Positions 12,395-25,512 of a stretch of 64,000 nucleotides of DNA are shown one piece after another. A program made the translations under genes and the position numbers. Source of the stretch: Psammoneis japonica (Eukaryota); contig QPGO01000054.1 in the NCBI GenBank assembly GCA_008632985.1, forward strand, positions 186,001-250,000. Direction: 5' to 3'. The notes under the pieces were generated by a model. It was not told the DNA's origin. It searched no databases and worked only from the letters and a program-made list of their open reading frames with translations. Positions within the stretch are counted from its first letter, which is position 1. Each line of letters starts with the position of its first letter.

Positions 12395-12941
12395 TATGAG
12401 ACCAATGCCTTGCGGTTCATAAAATGAGTAGCTCGCATTACCGGACTGGTATGTACTATTATACGTCTAGGCCCTCTAGAGCATAGCTATAGAGCCCTTT
12501 TCTCCATCCAACAATAGGGCTACCGGTAGCACTCATCGTCTCCCTACGCATACCCAGTCGTAGTGCCGTAGGGCCCTGCCTACCGGTAAGCTCTTACTAG
12601 CAGGAGTAGAAATTGTGAAGCTTCGAGAAAGTAGCCTAGACGACCGCCGATTACTCTATGGCCTTTCTCGAGTCTGCTGTAGACTAGTTCCTTGTTAGTT
12701 GTCCTGAAATAATATGTAAAACTAAAAAAATATTTCTTTATGGCGCTACTGAACCCAGCTCTGCCATTGCACAAGGAAATAAATTCTTTCATGATGATTG
12801 ATAAACCCCACTCAAGACTTGGCGCCCGGAGTAGCTCCAAACCACTCCGGTGTGTCTTGTGTCCCCATAGTCATGAGCCATACATACCATGATGTACCAC
12901 TGACGTATGTAAAGAAAAGTATATGTAGATTGACTAGTTGA

Positions 12942-15641
12942 CTACTGTTGCTCAACCTCAGTCTTCCTGCGTTTCGGAGAAGGCGATCGCATCTGTGCGG
13001 GCGACTTGTCGTTCATTTCCGAGGTGTGTCCGGCGTCGTTCAGCATAGACGATACAAACTCTGTGTAAAGAGACACAAAGGGTTGAGTCAGATACGATCC
13101 CAAATACGCATTAAAGAGAAAGCAATAGATTATGATACTTTAAGCGACTCACCCTTGTTTACCGGAGAATACTCCCCCGAATGATTCTGGAATCCCGGAG
13201 ACTTGAAAGGCGTAAGAGCTGAACTTGAGGGACTGAGAGCAAAAGGCTCATTCCAAAATCCTTTTTCTCTTCCGTTAGGAGTTGGTAGTCCTCCGAGGAT
13301 TCTTGATGAATCAAATGGGCTTGGAGCTGCCATATCGCGATGAGAGTCGTCGAGTGATGATTCGTCTTGAGTAACGTTGTTAGGGCTTCTTTCTGCGGTA
13401 AATTTAGGCGACGGACCATCTCGACTATCCGTAACAACTGCCGAGGGAACGGGACCGGGAGGAGGCATTTTCTGCGTATCACTCAAACCGCCACCTTCTC
13501 CGTTTCTTGAAGAGTCACTGTAGGACATTGACGGTGTTGCCAGAGTCACTTCTGCCAGCGATTTCCCTAGCTTACCACTCGTAGATAGATCATCACCGTG
13601 AGAATTCTCCTGCTTCTCGCTAGTCATAGGTTTCGAAGGTTGCCTTATTGCAGAAGGGATCTGAGCAATCGGTGAAATAGACACTTGGCGAAACTGGACC
13701 TCCGTCGCTGCCTTGCTGCCTCCACTTTTCGAAGCTGCACTGCCAATACGGATGCGCACTTCAGGTTCCCTCTTCACACATGGTGTCTGGACATCACCAA
13801 AGAGGGTTTTGCTTAGCTCGTCACTAATGGCGTTACGCGGTGAGAATGAGAACCCTTCACTGATATTTGACATGGGTGTCATTCCTTGGACGTTCACGGG
13901 TGCCGCCGGGCTATGAAAGCTTCCGAACGAGGACATCCGAGGAGACTCAAGAAAGGATTTGCGACCGGTAGAGAACTCAACGGACTTGTCGAAAGTCGTT
14001 CTCTTTGTGCTTGCAGGTGTGACACTCATCCCAAAGAAAGGTGACATCGACGATGAGCCTCGTTGATTCCCTCCGGAGGAGCCTTCCTTCTCGTCGATAG
14101 CTCTCTTGTCCCCGTGAGGCGACTGCATGAAGATGTTTCCACTTCCTCTCGATCTCGTACTATCGTCATACGACGAGGACATGCTTCTTGAAGAAAGGGG
14201 TTGGAGAACCGGTTGGTCGTCATACGGCGAGGCGGTCGTGTAGGAAGAGGAGTGGGAATAAGCAGGTCCCACAGATTCAAACGAGGCTCTTGGTTGCATA
14301 TTCTCCTTTCCATCAAAACTGGGTGGATTCGAAGGATGCATTCCATGCAGCCCTTCAGGGTTCATATGGGGCGGAGGTATGTAGACGCCACCTGGATGAT
14401 ACATTGGTGGACCAAGACCACCCATTCCGTGCATGTGCGGATGAGAATTCGGATAGGCAGAATCTTCCTTCCTTTTCTTTTGATCCTTCTTTTTACGCGT
14501 GTTCTTCCCGCGACCTCTTCCGGAACCATCTTTACCGCGAACGGCTGCAAGAACACCTTCCAAATCACCCATGAAGTCAAACCTGCCGTCATCTGTGTAG
14601 CGAATATGCGCCTCGTCGCAGTTCTGCTTCCTTGCGAGATACTTCTCAATCTTGCGTCTCATGGAGGAATTCCAGTGGTTCTTGATGGCATTGTCCGTTC
14701 TATCATTTAAATATGAATGGTATCAGAAGTGACGATACGCATGAGAAAGGGTGGTGTCAATCGAAGACGGTATAGAAACGAGTGAGCTTCAAGCTTACCT
14801 TCCCGGGAGCATCTTTGCTATTTCTGCCCAACGATTGCCGACGGTCATATGCGCTTCCAAGATAGCACGATCTTCTTCTACCTTCCAAGCCTCCTTTGAA
14901 ATATCTGGGTTGAGGTGATTATGCCAACGTTCCCTGCACTGCTTTCCGATGCGCCCAGGCAAATTTGAAGCAATGAGTGACCACTTCTTCGCTCCGTGCT
15001 TCTTTACAAGCTCAATCACCCTGCGGTCTTCATCTGCTGTCCACGGCCCTTTCACGAGAGTAGGCTTCAATACCTTTTGCCACCTGTGGAGACATTGTAC
15101 CTCGGTACGATCAGGAAGACGCTGCGAGATCAGCTTCCAGTTCTTCGCACCGTGCGCTTCGACGGCGCCCCGCAAAGCTTCGTCCTGGAGGAAGGTACAA
15201 ACACAAGAGGGAATGTGAGCATTGCAGCCCTGTTATCTGTTATGGGATCTTTTTCTTAGATTTTCAGACGCATACCTCTTCCTTGGTCCATTTGACGCCA
15301 GTTGCTTTCTTGACGTACGGTGGTCGAACCTTTCCCATCGCGTTCGATACCGTCATTCCCTTCCCACCTTTAGCGGAGCCTGGCGGCGGGGGTGGAGGAG
15401 CGCACATTGGAGCCCCTGTCATAACCATCGGGTGTGGTGGGGGTCCGTGGGGATGAGGGGGGTATCGATGCATCGGCGGGTATCCAGGTGGTGGCGGCCC
15501 GTGTCCCCCCATGTGATGCATCGGAATGAACATCATGTGAGGATGCTGCTGGTGTGGGTGGTGAGGAGGGGGAGGAGGTGGGTTGTGGTTCCTTGCATCA
15601 TACGGACCTGGCGGTGGTGGCGGAGGAGGAGGATTCGACAT
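12942..15641 (-). CDS. MYB3R: 3R-Myb (R1R2R3) transcription factor, 4 exons
   Basis: Exons 15641-15276, 15184-14799, 14699-13153 and 13060-12942 with GT-AG junctions. Three Myb repeats (KWTKEE..QCLHRWQKVL, KGPWTADED..KQCRERWHNHL, WKVEED..RTDNAIKNHWNS). Inferred last exon ends in SPSPKRRK. If unspliced, the stop is at 13130. Confidence 0.93.
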
Positions 15642-16309
15642 TTTGTTGCTTGAGTGCTCGTTCTGACGACTTGTATCGATTTCAAACAAATTGGGGTTGA
15701 CTATTCAAGACAATCGGACAATTTTGTAACCTCGACAGCAGCGGCTTGGTCAAAGAGTCTTCGTTGTTGAATCCCTTTGAGGTTCAAAAGCTTTGATCAA
15801 CCCGTTGTGAGCGATTTGGGCTTCTGTTTTTCTTGGTCCGATTGAAAAGTGAGGAGACTTCCAACCGCGATATCGAAGAGGGGATGGCTAGCGTTGCCGT
15901 AAAAACATACTGGCTTTCTACGCAACGGTAAAATTCGTTGGAATTTTTTGAATATCTGAATTTAAATTTCGCCAAACATGACCGATGTATAAAATGATTA
16001 ATATATTTATAATTATGTCATGTACAGTTTCTAAGGTATATAAAAGTCGGTTCCCACGATTGCCACGAAGCTCCTCAGTACTAAATTATCGTAGAAAGTA
16101 GAAATTCAGTAGAATTGTACTAAATGGAATTCGCCACCACTCAAGCGCCACGACTGAAGGCATCCACAGTCACATTATTTTTTGGCTCCCAAGCAACAGC
16201 AAGCCGAGCAAAACTACTGTACGGTAGGCATCTTCAATACACTCTACCTTAGTAATAACTGTGATGATTTGATGCGTAATCACTTTTCTCCTCATTGCGT
16301 TTTGCATAT

Positions 16310-19300
16310 TTACCACATGTGTGCCGGCAACGAAGAGAGATCAAGCACTTCGCTCCCTCGTTTCGCAATGGAAGCTGATTCAAGAATGAAATACTTTGCA
16401 CCCTTGAAAAGGACACTCCTAATAGTGCCGTTCCAAAACGTATCTTGGTTCATCAACCCCCCAAGTATCTGGGACGCGCTGAAAGAGGACCCGCACGCTT
16501 CATCAGCTGTTCTCCCCAACAGTGAAGCTGCGAGATCATTCGAGACAATGGCATCAATCTCGGTGCTTCCATCGCTTATATGAACTGCAAACTGATATTT
16601 CAGATTCTGATCAGAGCTCCCATCAGTAGAAGGTGCGCATAGACTGCGCAAGCCGATTTCGTCCTGTTCGACATCTGGTGTAGTCCGGATAATACGAAAG
16701 CTTAACCTTTTTGATGTAGGTGGTGTTTCTGCGACGAACTTTGCCAAGCCATATCTCTCGGCACTTCTGGCGACTGCGCTTGACTGTCGTAGACTTGCAT
16801 TCGGAGGATCTGTCACCTCACCTCCTCCTCCTGATCCAACCGCGATTCCATCGAGGGGAAGAAGACCACTTTGTGGGTTATACGGATCTTTTCTAATGAG
16901 TCGCTTCTGGTGATCCTCGAGAAGGGTTCGAATTTCAAAAGTTCGTTCTGGCAGAGGAGTCAATTGTGACTTTGAGTAAACCATAAGGCCTGCATCACAA
17001 ATGGGAGAGCAAGTCAGAGCACAGGCAGCTGTGAGGATTTTCCGGCTTGTTGCCAACACTGAAGACAAATCGGATCTCCAGATGCTACTTACATCGCAAG
17101 CCGTCAGCTAGTTGATTTTCTTGGACATGTCTCAACCTAATAAATGTACCAACCCCAAGATGGTTCCGCACAAGATCCCAATGTGGTTCCTCCCAAATTG
17201 CAACGTTCACAACACAGCCACACAAGCACTTAGGAGGCTCCAGACACGATACAATGGAGAATCGGGTCGGAGCCGCATTGTAATCGTTTTCCGAATCATC
17301 ACCATTGAGCTTACGCACGGTGCCCCGAATCGATACGAGGGCTTCTGAAGGCGGATCCCCAAACTTGATAGATTCGCTCGCCACAGATGTAGCAATGGGT
17401 AGCCTGTTATGACAATACAGAGGAATCGAGCAACGTGAGAGACAAAGGGATCATACTATGTACGCACAAGGAACGCAAAAGCTGCAAAGCAACGTACGGG
17501 TCGGAACGAGGTGGACCGGTTCCATCCCAAACTCTAATGAAACCTCGAGGTGTCGTTCCATTGAGGACTTGAGGTGGAACGGGGATAATGGCCGAAATCA
17601 TTACTGTCAAATCGCGACTAATGACCTGCTCTCGGTCTCCAGTGTCTCGGATACGTGTCGTATCAGACAGCTTGAATCGATGCTCTGGTTTCATCATGGT
17701 TGGGTAGGACAGAATTCGTTCCTGAGACCAGTTCCAGAGTTCGACTGCACGGGTATGGTCTTCTTCCCCGTACGTGTACGACGTCTTTGCGGTGGACTCG
17801 ACAGTCCAGTCTTCAGGATTGACGTCTGAAGTGGGGTCAGCCGTACTTTCTTTGGGGCGGACCATTACATATGAGCTCTTGCGTCTCCCGACAAGTTGAG
17901 TATCGCCTTGCCATTGCTGATGTCAATGAAACGATCATAAATCCCGAGGTGAGTTTTCAAGTTTTGAAGAATAGTCTGCACATGAACTCGATCGTTCAAA
18001 GCATGACGTACCTGAAGACAGACTCGATGACATCGAACCACGTCTCCTGCCACTAACGGCTTTGGCAATTCTTCTTTATTCTTACAAAACACAATGAGGG
18101 TGACCAACGTAAGCCCTGACGAAGAATCCGTCTGCTGCTGCTGAGGGAGATCAAGTGTCTCATCCACAATGTGCATGGTGACCATCCAATCACCCCGTTT
18201 GGTCAGAGTAGGAGAGCTGAATCCAAGCACTGTACCAAACACGTGCAATTCTTTATGGGCGTAGCCCGGTTGTTCGAGAAGGGTCGGTAGCTCGTTCTAA
18301 AATTGAAGTAAGCAATAGCACAGATGGGTTGAGTAACGATAGCGAAACCAACGCAAAAGCAACAACACTGAGACTCACCAGTTTTGTATAGTGAAACTCG
18401 GTTCTCGGCTTCTTCTGGACTGGTCCCTCATTGTTCGCTTGAGCAGCATGTTGCGCTGTTGGTTCCGGTTCAATCAAGTGTGGTTGGTCTCTCTCTTGTT
18501 GTTGTTCTTCTTCTCGTTGCTCCTCGTTTTCCTCATTTAATTTCTGCCATTCGTGAAAAGCCTTCACCAGTGACTCCTCGTCTTGCTCGTTGGTTGGGTC
18601 GGACACTACCAGTTCACCCCACTCACTCAATTGCATGTCAAACTCCAAACTAGCATCTGGTTTACAGCTGGCCAGCTTGATTTGGAGCCCGCGATAGTCA
18701 AACCGCACCTTGCTGCCGCTCATTCCGCCGCCTGTATTCATTTTCATCAGACTCTTGTCACCAATACAAATACAGTAGTCCGAAAGTGTCTCAGAGTCAA
18801 ACCAAGATGTCGTATTGTTTGTATCGAGGGGTAAAATGCATAGTGCTGGAACGTTTGCCAGTGACATCAAGAGCGACGACTTGCTGGGTGCTTGTTGTTT
18901 CATAAAGTCCGCAACGGACTGCGCGTATTTTCCATAGAAAAAGACACGCATCCGACTCGGTTTCCATGGACTCCCAAAGGCGGCAGCGGTGACATCCTTG
19001 AGTTGTTGTGTTTGAGGAGCGTCCAACTGAGTCACTTCAATGCTAATGGCTTGCCTGAAGAGCGTCCCAAGCGGACCATCGTCTTCAAAGGACTTGTACG
19101 ATCGCATGGGCAGCAACGAAGGACTGCCATGGCTTGTATCAACAACAGTACCGGTGCCAGAGTGATGATCTTGCCAGTCACGTCGATGTGTACGCCGAAG
19201 TGGCCATACCTTTTCAATCTGAAGCAGACCGAGATTGACTTGATGGCTGTACAAATCAATCGCATCCAAGGACGAAACGACTGCAATCGTCTCACTCACG

Positions 19301-19782
19301 TGTGGAACGCTCTTTCGCTTTTTCGGTGTTTTGGTAAAGGGAGTGATAGGCGCTGGAGCTGCACCCTGCGTCTCGGGTTCGTCTTGCTGTGTCTCTGGCA
19401 AATCATCGTCATCCTCTTCATTCTCAGCCATGTTTTCATCGTTCTCGTTCTCGTCATCTTCTGACCCAACCAGTCGCTTCAACATGTATTGTCCCAAGAA
19501 AGCATTTCGTTCTTTTTTCCATTGCTCGAGAGAAATCAATTCTTGAGGTTCCTCCTCGTCTTGCTGAACAGCAGTGCCCGTCGGTGGAGTTGGGGAGCTT
19601 TTTCTGGAGGACGAAAAGGTTGAAATCGATAGCCGATACTCATCTTGTTTTTGTTGCTCTTGTTGCTGCTCTTCGGGTTGCTGATCCTCCTCCACATCCT
19701 CTATATTTGCCAGAGGTAAGAACCCTCGAAAGAAGCTTACGAGACCACTCATGCTTTTATCTCTTAACGCCGTCGCTGTCAT
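16310..19782 (-). CDS. POT1: Protection of telomeres 1 (POT1)-like OB-fold protein with long N-terminal extension, 5 exons
   Basis: Exons ~19782-18379, 18296-18012, 17916-17498, 17403-17093 and 16989-16310 splice in frame. OB1: YTKL..HVFGTVLGFSSPTLTKRGDWMVTMHIVD..LP..GDVVRCHRV. OB2: DLTVMI..VWDGTG..IRLRHV. C-terminal OB: YQFAVHISDGSTEIDAIV. Start codon uncertain (19794, 19782 or 19752). Confidence 0.85.
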
Positions 19783-20218
19783 GTTGTGTTGCATCTTGCA
19801 TCGCCTTCGCGGTGCGTGCGTCGTGCACTTCACTTCTTTGACTTCATGCCATTCAGACTTCACGCTTTCCGTTCGAATAATTCTAAATATATTCATATCT
19901 GAATGACAAGCCAATATAAAAATGGCGCGAAAATCATCATCATTGCTTTCTATACATGCTTGATAAACATACATTCGAGCTCGCTCCGCTTCTTTTTTGG
20001 GGCGCACACTTCGTGATGGATGTCGCCCATGGCGCCAACCCCGTGCTCCGACAGAAAACAGTGACGCCGCCGAACAAACAACGCCGTCAGAATAACATTT
20101 CTCTTTGCATACATCTGAACTAGGCTGTACCGATAATTTCCTTTCGTAGCTGCCTAGAGTACGCTACAGCAGAAACATCCCGAGCGCTTCCATAAAACAC
20201 GACTTGCAACATAGTACC

Positions 20219-23200
20219 ATGACGGACGAACAGAATGACGATTTGATTGTGTCAATCCCAGACGAACAGTCAAGCAATCAAGAAGATCATTCAGATGATG
20301 CCGAGAGTGACAGCAGTTGGCTGGATACGCCTTTGTTTTCACCCGAGTCTGCCGACATGATGGAATCTCAGAATCGCTCCTTGTTTGCCAGGTGGCGTTC
20401 TCCAGGGTTGCGTCCCGTTGTACCGAGATCGAGTCGTCGTCCACGCGACTGTTCTTCCAGACTTGTTTTTCTTTGGGATGATTTTGTATCCAAGAGCAAG
20501 TTGATTATTTTAATTGTGACTCTATGCGTCCTCTGGCCGTTTGGTGTGGTTTCGTACAAGAGCTTTTCTCAGTCCACCGACAGTACCTTTCATCCAATCC
20601 CAAACACTCCGTCGGCTCGTGCGCAACAAGCATTCGCCGAGAGTTACAAGAATGATTGGTCCAACCCGCTTCACCCCATTTTCATCGTGGCACTCGAATC
20701 CGGTGAGACTCTTACCAACACAACGTCGCCGGCATACCAAGTTGCACGCAGCTTTTCAATAGGCCTAGATCAAACCTTAAACACGACTTGCTGGGACGGT
20801 CTGCCGTGTCCCTCCAACGAAACCTGGACACGAGTATCATCCTTTTATTCCTTTACCGATTTGAAAATGTCCGCCTTGGCCAATGGCTTTGCTACCCGAG
20901 ACGGAAAAACATCGCTGATTCAAGTACAATATCTGCTGCCGTCCAACGAGACGGATCCAAAAGCTCGTATCCGAGAATTGCAAGACAAGATCCAAGAGTA
21001 CGGCTCTGGCTACAATAGCAATGATACTTTTACGGTTTCATACACGGGTCTCAAATTATTCCAGTCGGATCTCATGGATTCATCCAAAACGGAATTACGA
21101 AAAATGGATGCCATTGTTTTGCCCTTGGCGCTATTTCTTCTTGGTGTGGTGCTCCCCAACGGAAGAGCAGGAGTCGTTTGGGTGATTCCTCTCGTGACGA
21201 TTATTTCCACCGTTTGTGCTTGGTCCATTGTCATGCGTTTCATTGCATCCAAGACACAAATCACGCAATTCACACCATCCGTCATGATGAGTCTCACACT
21301 CGGAATGGGAGTCGACTATACTCTCTTTTTGCTGTCACGCTATCTAGAAAAGGACATGCCACAACGTATTCCCAACATGATTCATAACGGAGGAAACGTC
21401 ATTCTCACGAGTGGAATCACGCTCATGTGTACCTTTTTAGGTCTTTGCTTTTTGCCTCTGAAAATGTTGAAGAGTATTGGGATTGGTGCGTCGGTCGCCA
21501 TTGGCTCGGCCCTAGTGGTGAATTTGACGGTTGTTCCGGCCCTTTTGCATACGCGTCTCGGCAAGTGGATCATCAAGCCACCTGCTCCTGAGCAGCAACA
21601 ACAACAAGCCGACCAACCAGAAGAAGATAACGTCCAACAAGCGTTGGAGGAGCCTCTCATGGATACGACCGAGTCGCACCCAGAAGACACTGAACCTCAA
21701 GGAGGGCAGACGGAAAAATCAATGTGGTTTCTTCTCGCCAAAAATTTGCTGCATCCAACGCGATCCATTGTTATACTTGTCGGAATCATTTTACTTTTAC
21801 TGCCAGTCGCATGGCATGCCGCTCAAATCAAGTCTTCCATATCGTTCGACCTGCTATTACCATCCAAGAGTCCTTCGCTTCAGACCTTTCATTCCTTGGG
21901 AAAGAAGCTTGGTTGGGGAAGACTCAGTCCGTATAGGATCCTATTCAATGGGCGGAACTCTTCAGTTCAAATGACTTCGAATCACGGCTTTGATCTTGTT
22001 CACAAAGTGATTGATGAGTTGATAGCCATTGACTCCAAGCATGATGCTGAGTCAAGACACGCACATGGTGCTAGACACGGTGCGGTCCAGTCTGTTGTGG
22101 GCGTTGAGCTGGAGCCGGCGAGTTTTGTCGAGGTTGACATGATGGACGAATGGAATGCCCTCGTCGATCACGAGGTCACAAACGTTACCGGGACCAATAG
22201 TACTACCATGTACAATGGCGTTGCCGTCCTTCATAATGCGCATGTACCTCACACAATCTACAGCGCTGCCAAGATTTGCGGATCCATGAAGCGCTGCACT
22301 GTGGAAAAGCTACGCATTCTCGATTACATTGATCGCGAGTTAACCACCGACAATGGCTACGTCACCTACGTTGTTGCAACCCTGGGAGTAAATCCTTTTT
22401 CCAATGAGGGAGTAGCATGGCTGATTTCAGCCCGCGAGACCATTGCAAGACTAGAAAAGAGCGGGGCACTTGGCGGTGTTGAAGTTTACATTGAAGGTGG
22501 GGCTGGGATCGCTTACGATGCCGTGCAAGCTGTTTATAGGGCTTTCCCAACCGCCATTGTTCGCACAATGATCGTCGTGTTTTTGCTCATGGCATTTTTC
22601 TTTCGAAGCATCATCACCCCATTGAGGAGCATTGTAAGCATTGGATTGACTCTCAGCTTTGTCTTTGGCTTGGGTGTCCTTGTCTACCAGCACGGAATTT
22701 TGAACTGGACGGGAATCCAGAGCTGGAGCACGCTCGACCCTAGCGAGATCTGCTGGCTTAGTCCAATAACCGCCTTTACCATTATTGTTGGGTTGGCTCT
22801 TGACTATGATGTATTCCTCATCAGCCGCATCCTTGAGTACCGTATGGAAGGCTATGACCATAAGAGTTCAATCGTTGCAGGTGTTGAAGCAACTGGAAGC
22901 ATAATTACCGCCGCTGGAGTCATAATGGCAGTAGCTTTTGGAGGTCTCATGCTAAGTTCTTCTCCGGCTTTGTACCAATTGTCTTTCTTTTTGACTACGG
23001 CGGTGCTGCTAGATACATTTGTGATCCGAACATTGATTGTGCCAATAACAATGGGGTATACTGGAAAATTCAGTTGGTGGCCGAGACAGCTGCCTCGGGA
23101 ACGGACTCGGTTGTTGGAAGAGCGTTTAGACGAGCAGGCTGGTGGCAACGGCGCTCAGGAGGATCAAGTTCATTCAGGTAGAGAGTTGTACTTGTCAGTA

Positions 23201-23275
23201 CCACCTGAACCTACGGAAGAAGAAATATCTACTGGTTCAGCTGGCGGGATCGCAGCTTCTGTCAACCAGCAATGA
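20219..23275 (+). CDS. MMPL-family (RND superfamily) membrane transporter
   Basis: Intronless ORF of about 1018 aa with two repeats of 1 TM + large loop + 5 TM. MMPL motifs LGMGVDYTLFLLSRYLE and VGLALDYDVFLISRILE, plus LLDTFVIRTLIVP. Confidence 0.9.
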   Translation: MTDEQNDDLIVSIPDEQSSNQEDHSDDAESDSSWLDTPLFSPESADMMESQNRSLFARWRSPGLRPVVPRSSRRPRDCSSRLVFLWDDFVSKSKLIILIVTLCVLWPFGVVSYKSFSQSTDSTFHPIPNTPSARAQQAFAESYKNDWSNPLHPIFIVALESGETLTNTTSPAYQVARSFSIGLDQTLNTTCWDGLPCPSNETWTRVSSFYSFTDLKMSALANGFATRDGKTSLIQVQYLLPSNETDPKARIRELQDKIQEYGSGYNSNDTFTVSYTGLKLFQSDLMDSSKTELRKMDAIVLPLALFLLGVVLPNGRAGVVWVIPLVTIISTVCAWSIVMRFIASKTQITQFTPSVMMSLTLGMGVDYTLFLLSRYLEKDMPQRIPNMIHNGGNVILTSGITLMCTFLGLCFLPLKMLKSIGIGASVAIGSALVVNLTVVPALLHTRLGKWIIKPPAPEQQQQQADQPEEDNVQQALEEPLMDTTESHPEDTEPQGGQTEKSMWFLLAKNLLHPTRSIVILVGIILLLLPVAWHAAQIKSSISFDLLLPSKSPSLQTFHSLGKKLGWGRLSPYRILFNGRNSSVQMTSNHGFDLVHKVIDELIAIDSKHDAESRHAHGARHGAVQSVVGVELEPASFVEVDMMDEWNALVDHEVTNVTGTNSTTMYNGVAVLHNAHVPHTIYSAAKICGSMKRCTVEKLRILDYIDRELTTDNGYVTYVVATLGVNPFSNEGVAWLISARETIARLEKSGALGGVEVYIEGGAGIAYDAVQAVYRAFPTAIVRTMIVVFLLMAFFFRSIITPLRSIVSIGLTLSFVFGLGVLVYQHGILNWTGIQSWSTLDPSEICWLSPITAFTIIVGLALDYDVFLISRILEYRMEGYDHKSSIVAGVEATGSIITAAGVIMAVAFGGLMLSSSPALYQLSFFLTTAVLLDTFVIRTLIVPITMGYTGKFSWWPRQLPRERTRLLEERLDEQAGGNGAQEDQVHSGRELYLSVPPEPTEEEISTGSAGGIAASVNQQ

Positions 23276-24151
23276 TGCAGTCTTCTATGTTTCTTCGCTC
23301 TAATTATTCGAGTGACTTACCAACCAGAAAAGCGAATTCAAAGTCTGGGTGTTCGAACTCAAAAAACCGGTGTTCGCTTCGAAATAGACGAAGCGGTATC
23401 ACACCCCGCCTCCAGTATAAGTTTCGACCCAGTTTCAAGTTGCACAAATCACGTCGCTTTGCTTCACCACCTAGCATATGGACCGGTGTTGATTGATGAA
23501 CGTGGCCTTCCTGCTTTCCTCTTTGCATTCTGGTCGTTCGTTTCTTTTCGTAGAAGTATCTTGAGAATATTGAAAATTTTGAGTGAAAAGGCGCAACCTG
23601 TCGCTTTCATCCAACCTTGATGAGCGGTCCAAAATTCTTAGAGTTTGTTTTGTGTCACTGTGAGGACGTTTTGATGACCCAGTTTTCCTGTCAGCCTTTC
23701 AAATCTATTACTCTCTACGAGCAAAGTAGACTCTCTAGCTAGTATTTATAGGGCCCTACTTCTACCTAATGGCTATAGTCTACGTGCGTGGCTGGGGCCT
23801 CCGCCTCCAAGCAACACAGAACTCAAACAAGCAGTCGTGAATTCAGTCGTGTTGATCGCTCGTCAAGACTGAACATAGACAGAATTCATACCGGTAGGGC
23901 TACATTCGGTTCAGTCCAATTACAGACCTCCCAAGCCGAGCCGGGGAGTGGGTTCAGTCGGCCTCTACAGTATCTCGTCGCATCTTGCCTGACCCTGCCC
24001 CTGCCATCACCCTGCAATTCTACCGTATCTTCCATCTCCCGAAAAACTTGAGTTTCTGTTGCGGTTGTTGTATTGAATCCCCTTCCTCTCCTCATAAGAG
24101 GCAGAATCAACGAGCTGAAGCAGCCTTTACACTATTGTAAATAAACGAGTT

Positions 24152-25512
24152 ATGTCCAACGAAATTGACGGAGAACAGCAAGGGCGAGACGTGCAAAAGC
24201 CTGTCTGTCACTCAGATTTGCCAGAGAAGTTGTGCAATCAATTCAAGCATTTGTTCGATCGTATCTATGACTTGTTCAATGTCCATGATGAAAGGGAAGA
24301 AATCCAGCGAGCAGGACAGCAGATCTCTGATCTCATCATACAAGAAGTTACCAAGGAACCGATTCTCGCAAGAGCTGCTCACAAGGAGGTTCTTGGATGG
24401 TCTTTGCTTGGTGTGGTTTGTGAGAAAACCCATGCAAATCCCATTCTTCATGCGGCCATCAAGTTTCTGATCAATGTGAACCCACATGCCTTGCTATGGA
24501 AATGGAGCAATGAATTTACATCCTCCGGGAGCCCTCTGCAATGCATCGCCTCGGAGCATTGTGCTTTGCTGCCCTGGATTGCGAGGAACCATATTTGGAT
24601 TTTTGAGCACCCGACCGTTCGAAACAATGGCGACATACTTCACGGTGGCTTTCTTCGAAGCTACACTTATGGAGACTGTGAGGCATCCATTGTGCGTGAA
24701 TTCTTTGAGTTGTACCCTCGAGCTCTCGAAACAGAAGACAAATATGGTAGGTGGAGCATACCGTTGCACGTGGTTCTTTCGGGATGGTCGGGATGGAAGA
24801 GTGCGACTTCGGCTTGGTGAAATGGATGGTTAAGGAGTATCCTGAAAGCCTGAAACGTCGCAACGGTAAGGGGATGACTGCCTTGTTCAAAGCGTGTGAA
24901 TTTATTTCATCTGTTGACCACGAAATGGATGTGGATTCATGCTCGGAGAACATGGCAAGCATCTGCCGCTTTTTCATGCAAGAGTATTCCGAGGCTGTCC
25001 GCATCAAGGCACGACGAGGGCGTGGACTGCCACTTCATTACCTGGCCCGTCGATGTAACAAGAGACTAATTCAAGAGCTTGTGATTGACATGTTGAAAGT
25101 ATATCCCGAAGCTGTACACGTCAAGGCCAGAAACTTTCTTCCAAAGTTGTCGACTGTGCCTTTTATCCGAGCGATCGGGCCACTTTTGCAACGGCAGGCT
25201 GAGTTGAAACAAGAGGAAGAGTCCCTTGAGGAAAGTAGAAGGCTCTTTCAGGGGTTTTCAGAGTCTGATGCGGGGGCGGGCGTGGTCCCCGAGAAAATCA
25301 GCGAAGTATTCTCAATGTGGGTGGCCACTCGCGTAGTGACATTTCGGGATCAACATGCTGCCTTAGAGATGGAGATTGCTGGCATTAAAGAAGCTTTTGA
25401 AGGAGACGACGAGGTAAGTGACACGGACGAGGAAAGTGGCATGGAAGGTGATTGCGACTGGTCCCAGTACGACGGAGACTCCTACGTAGACCCTTATGAG
25501 TGTCCATTCTAA
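24152..25512 (+). pseudogene. Ankyrin-like repeat protein gene split by a frameshift at about 24779-24797
   Basis: Two overlapping ORFs (24152-24820 and 24751-25512) of one repeat type (ELYPRAL..IPLHV, KEYPESLKRRNGKGMTALF, GLPLHYLA). The frame switches at the duplicated TCGGGATGG. Could also be a sequencing error. Confidence 0.65.
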
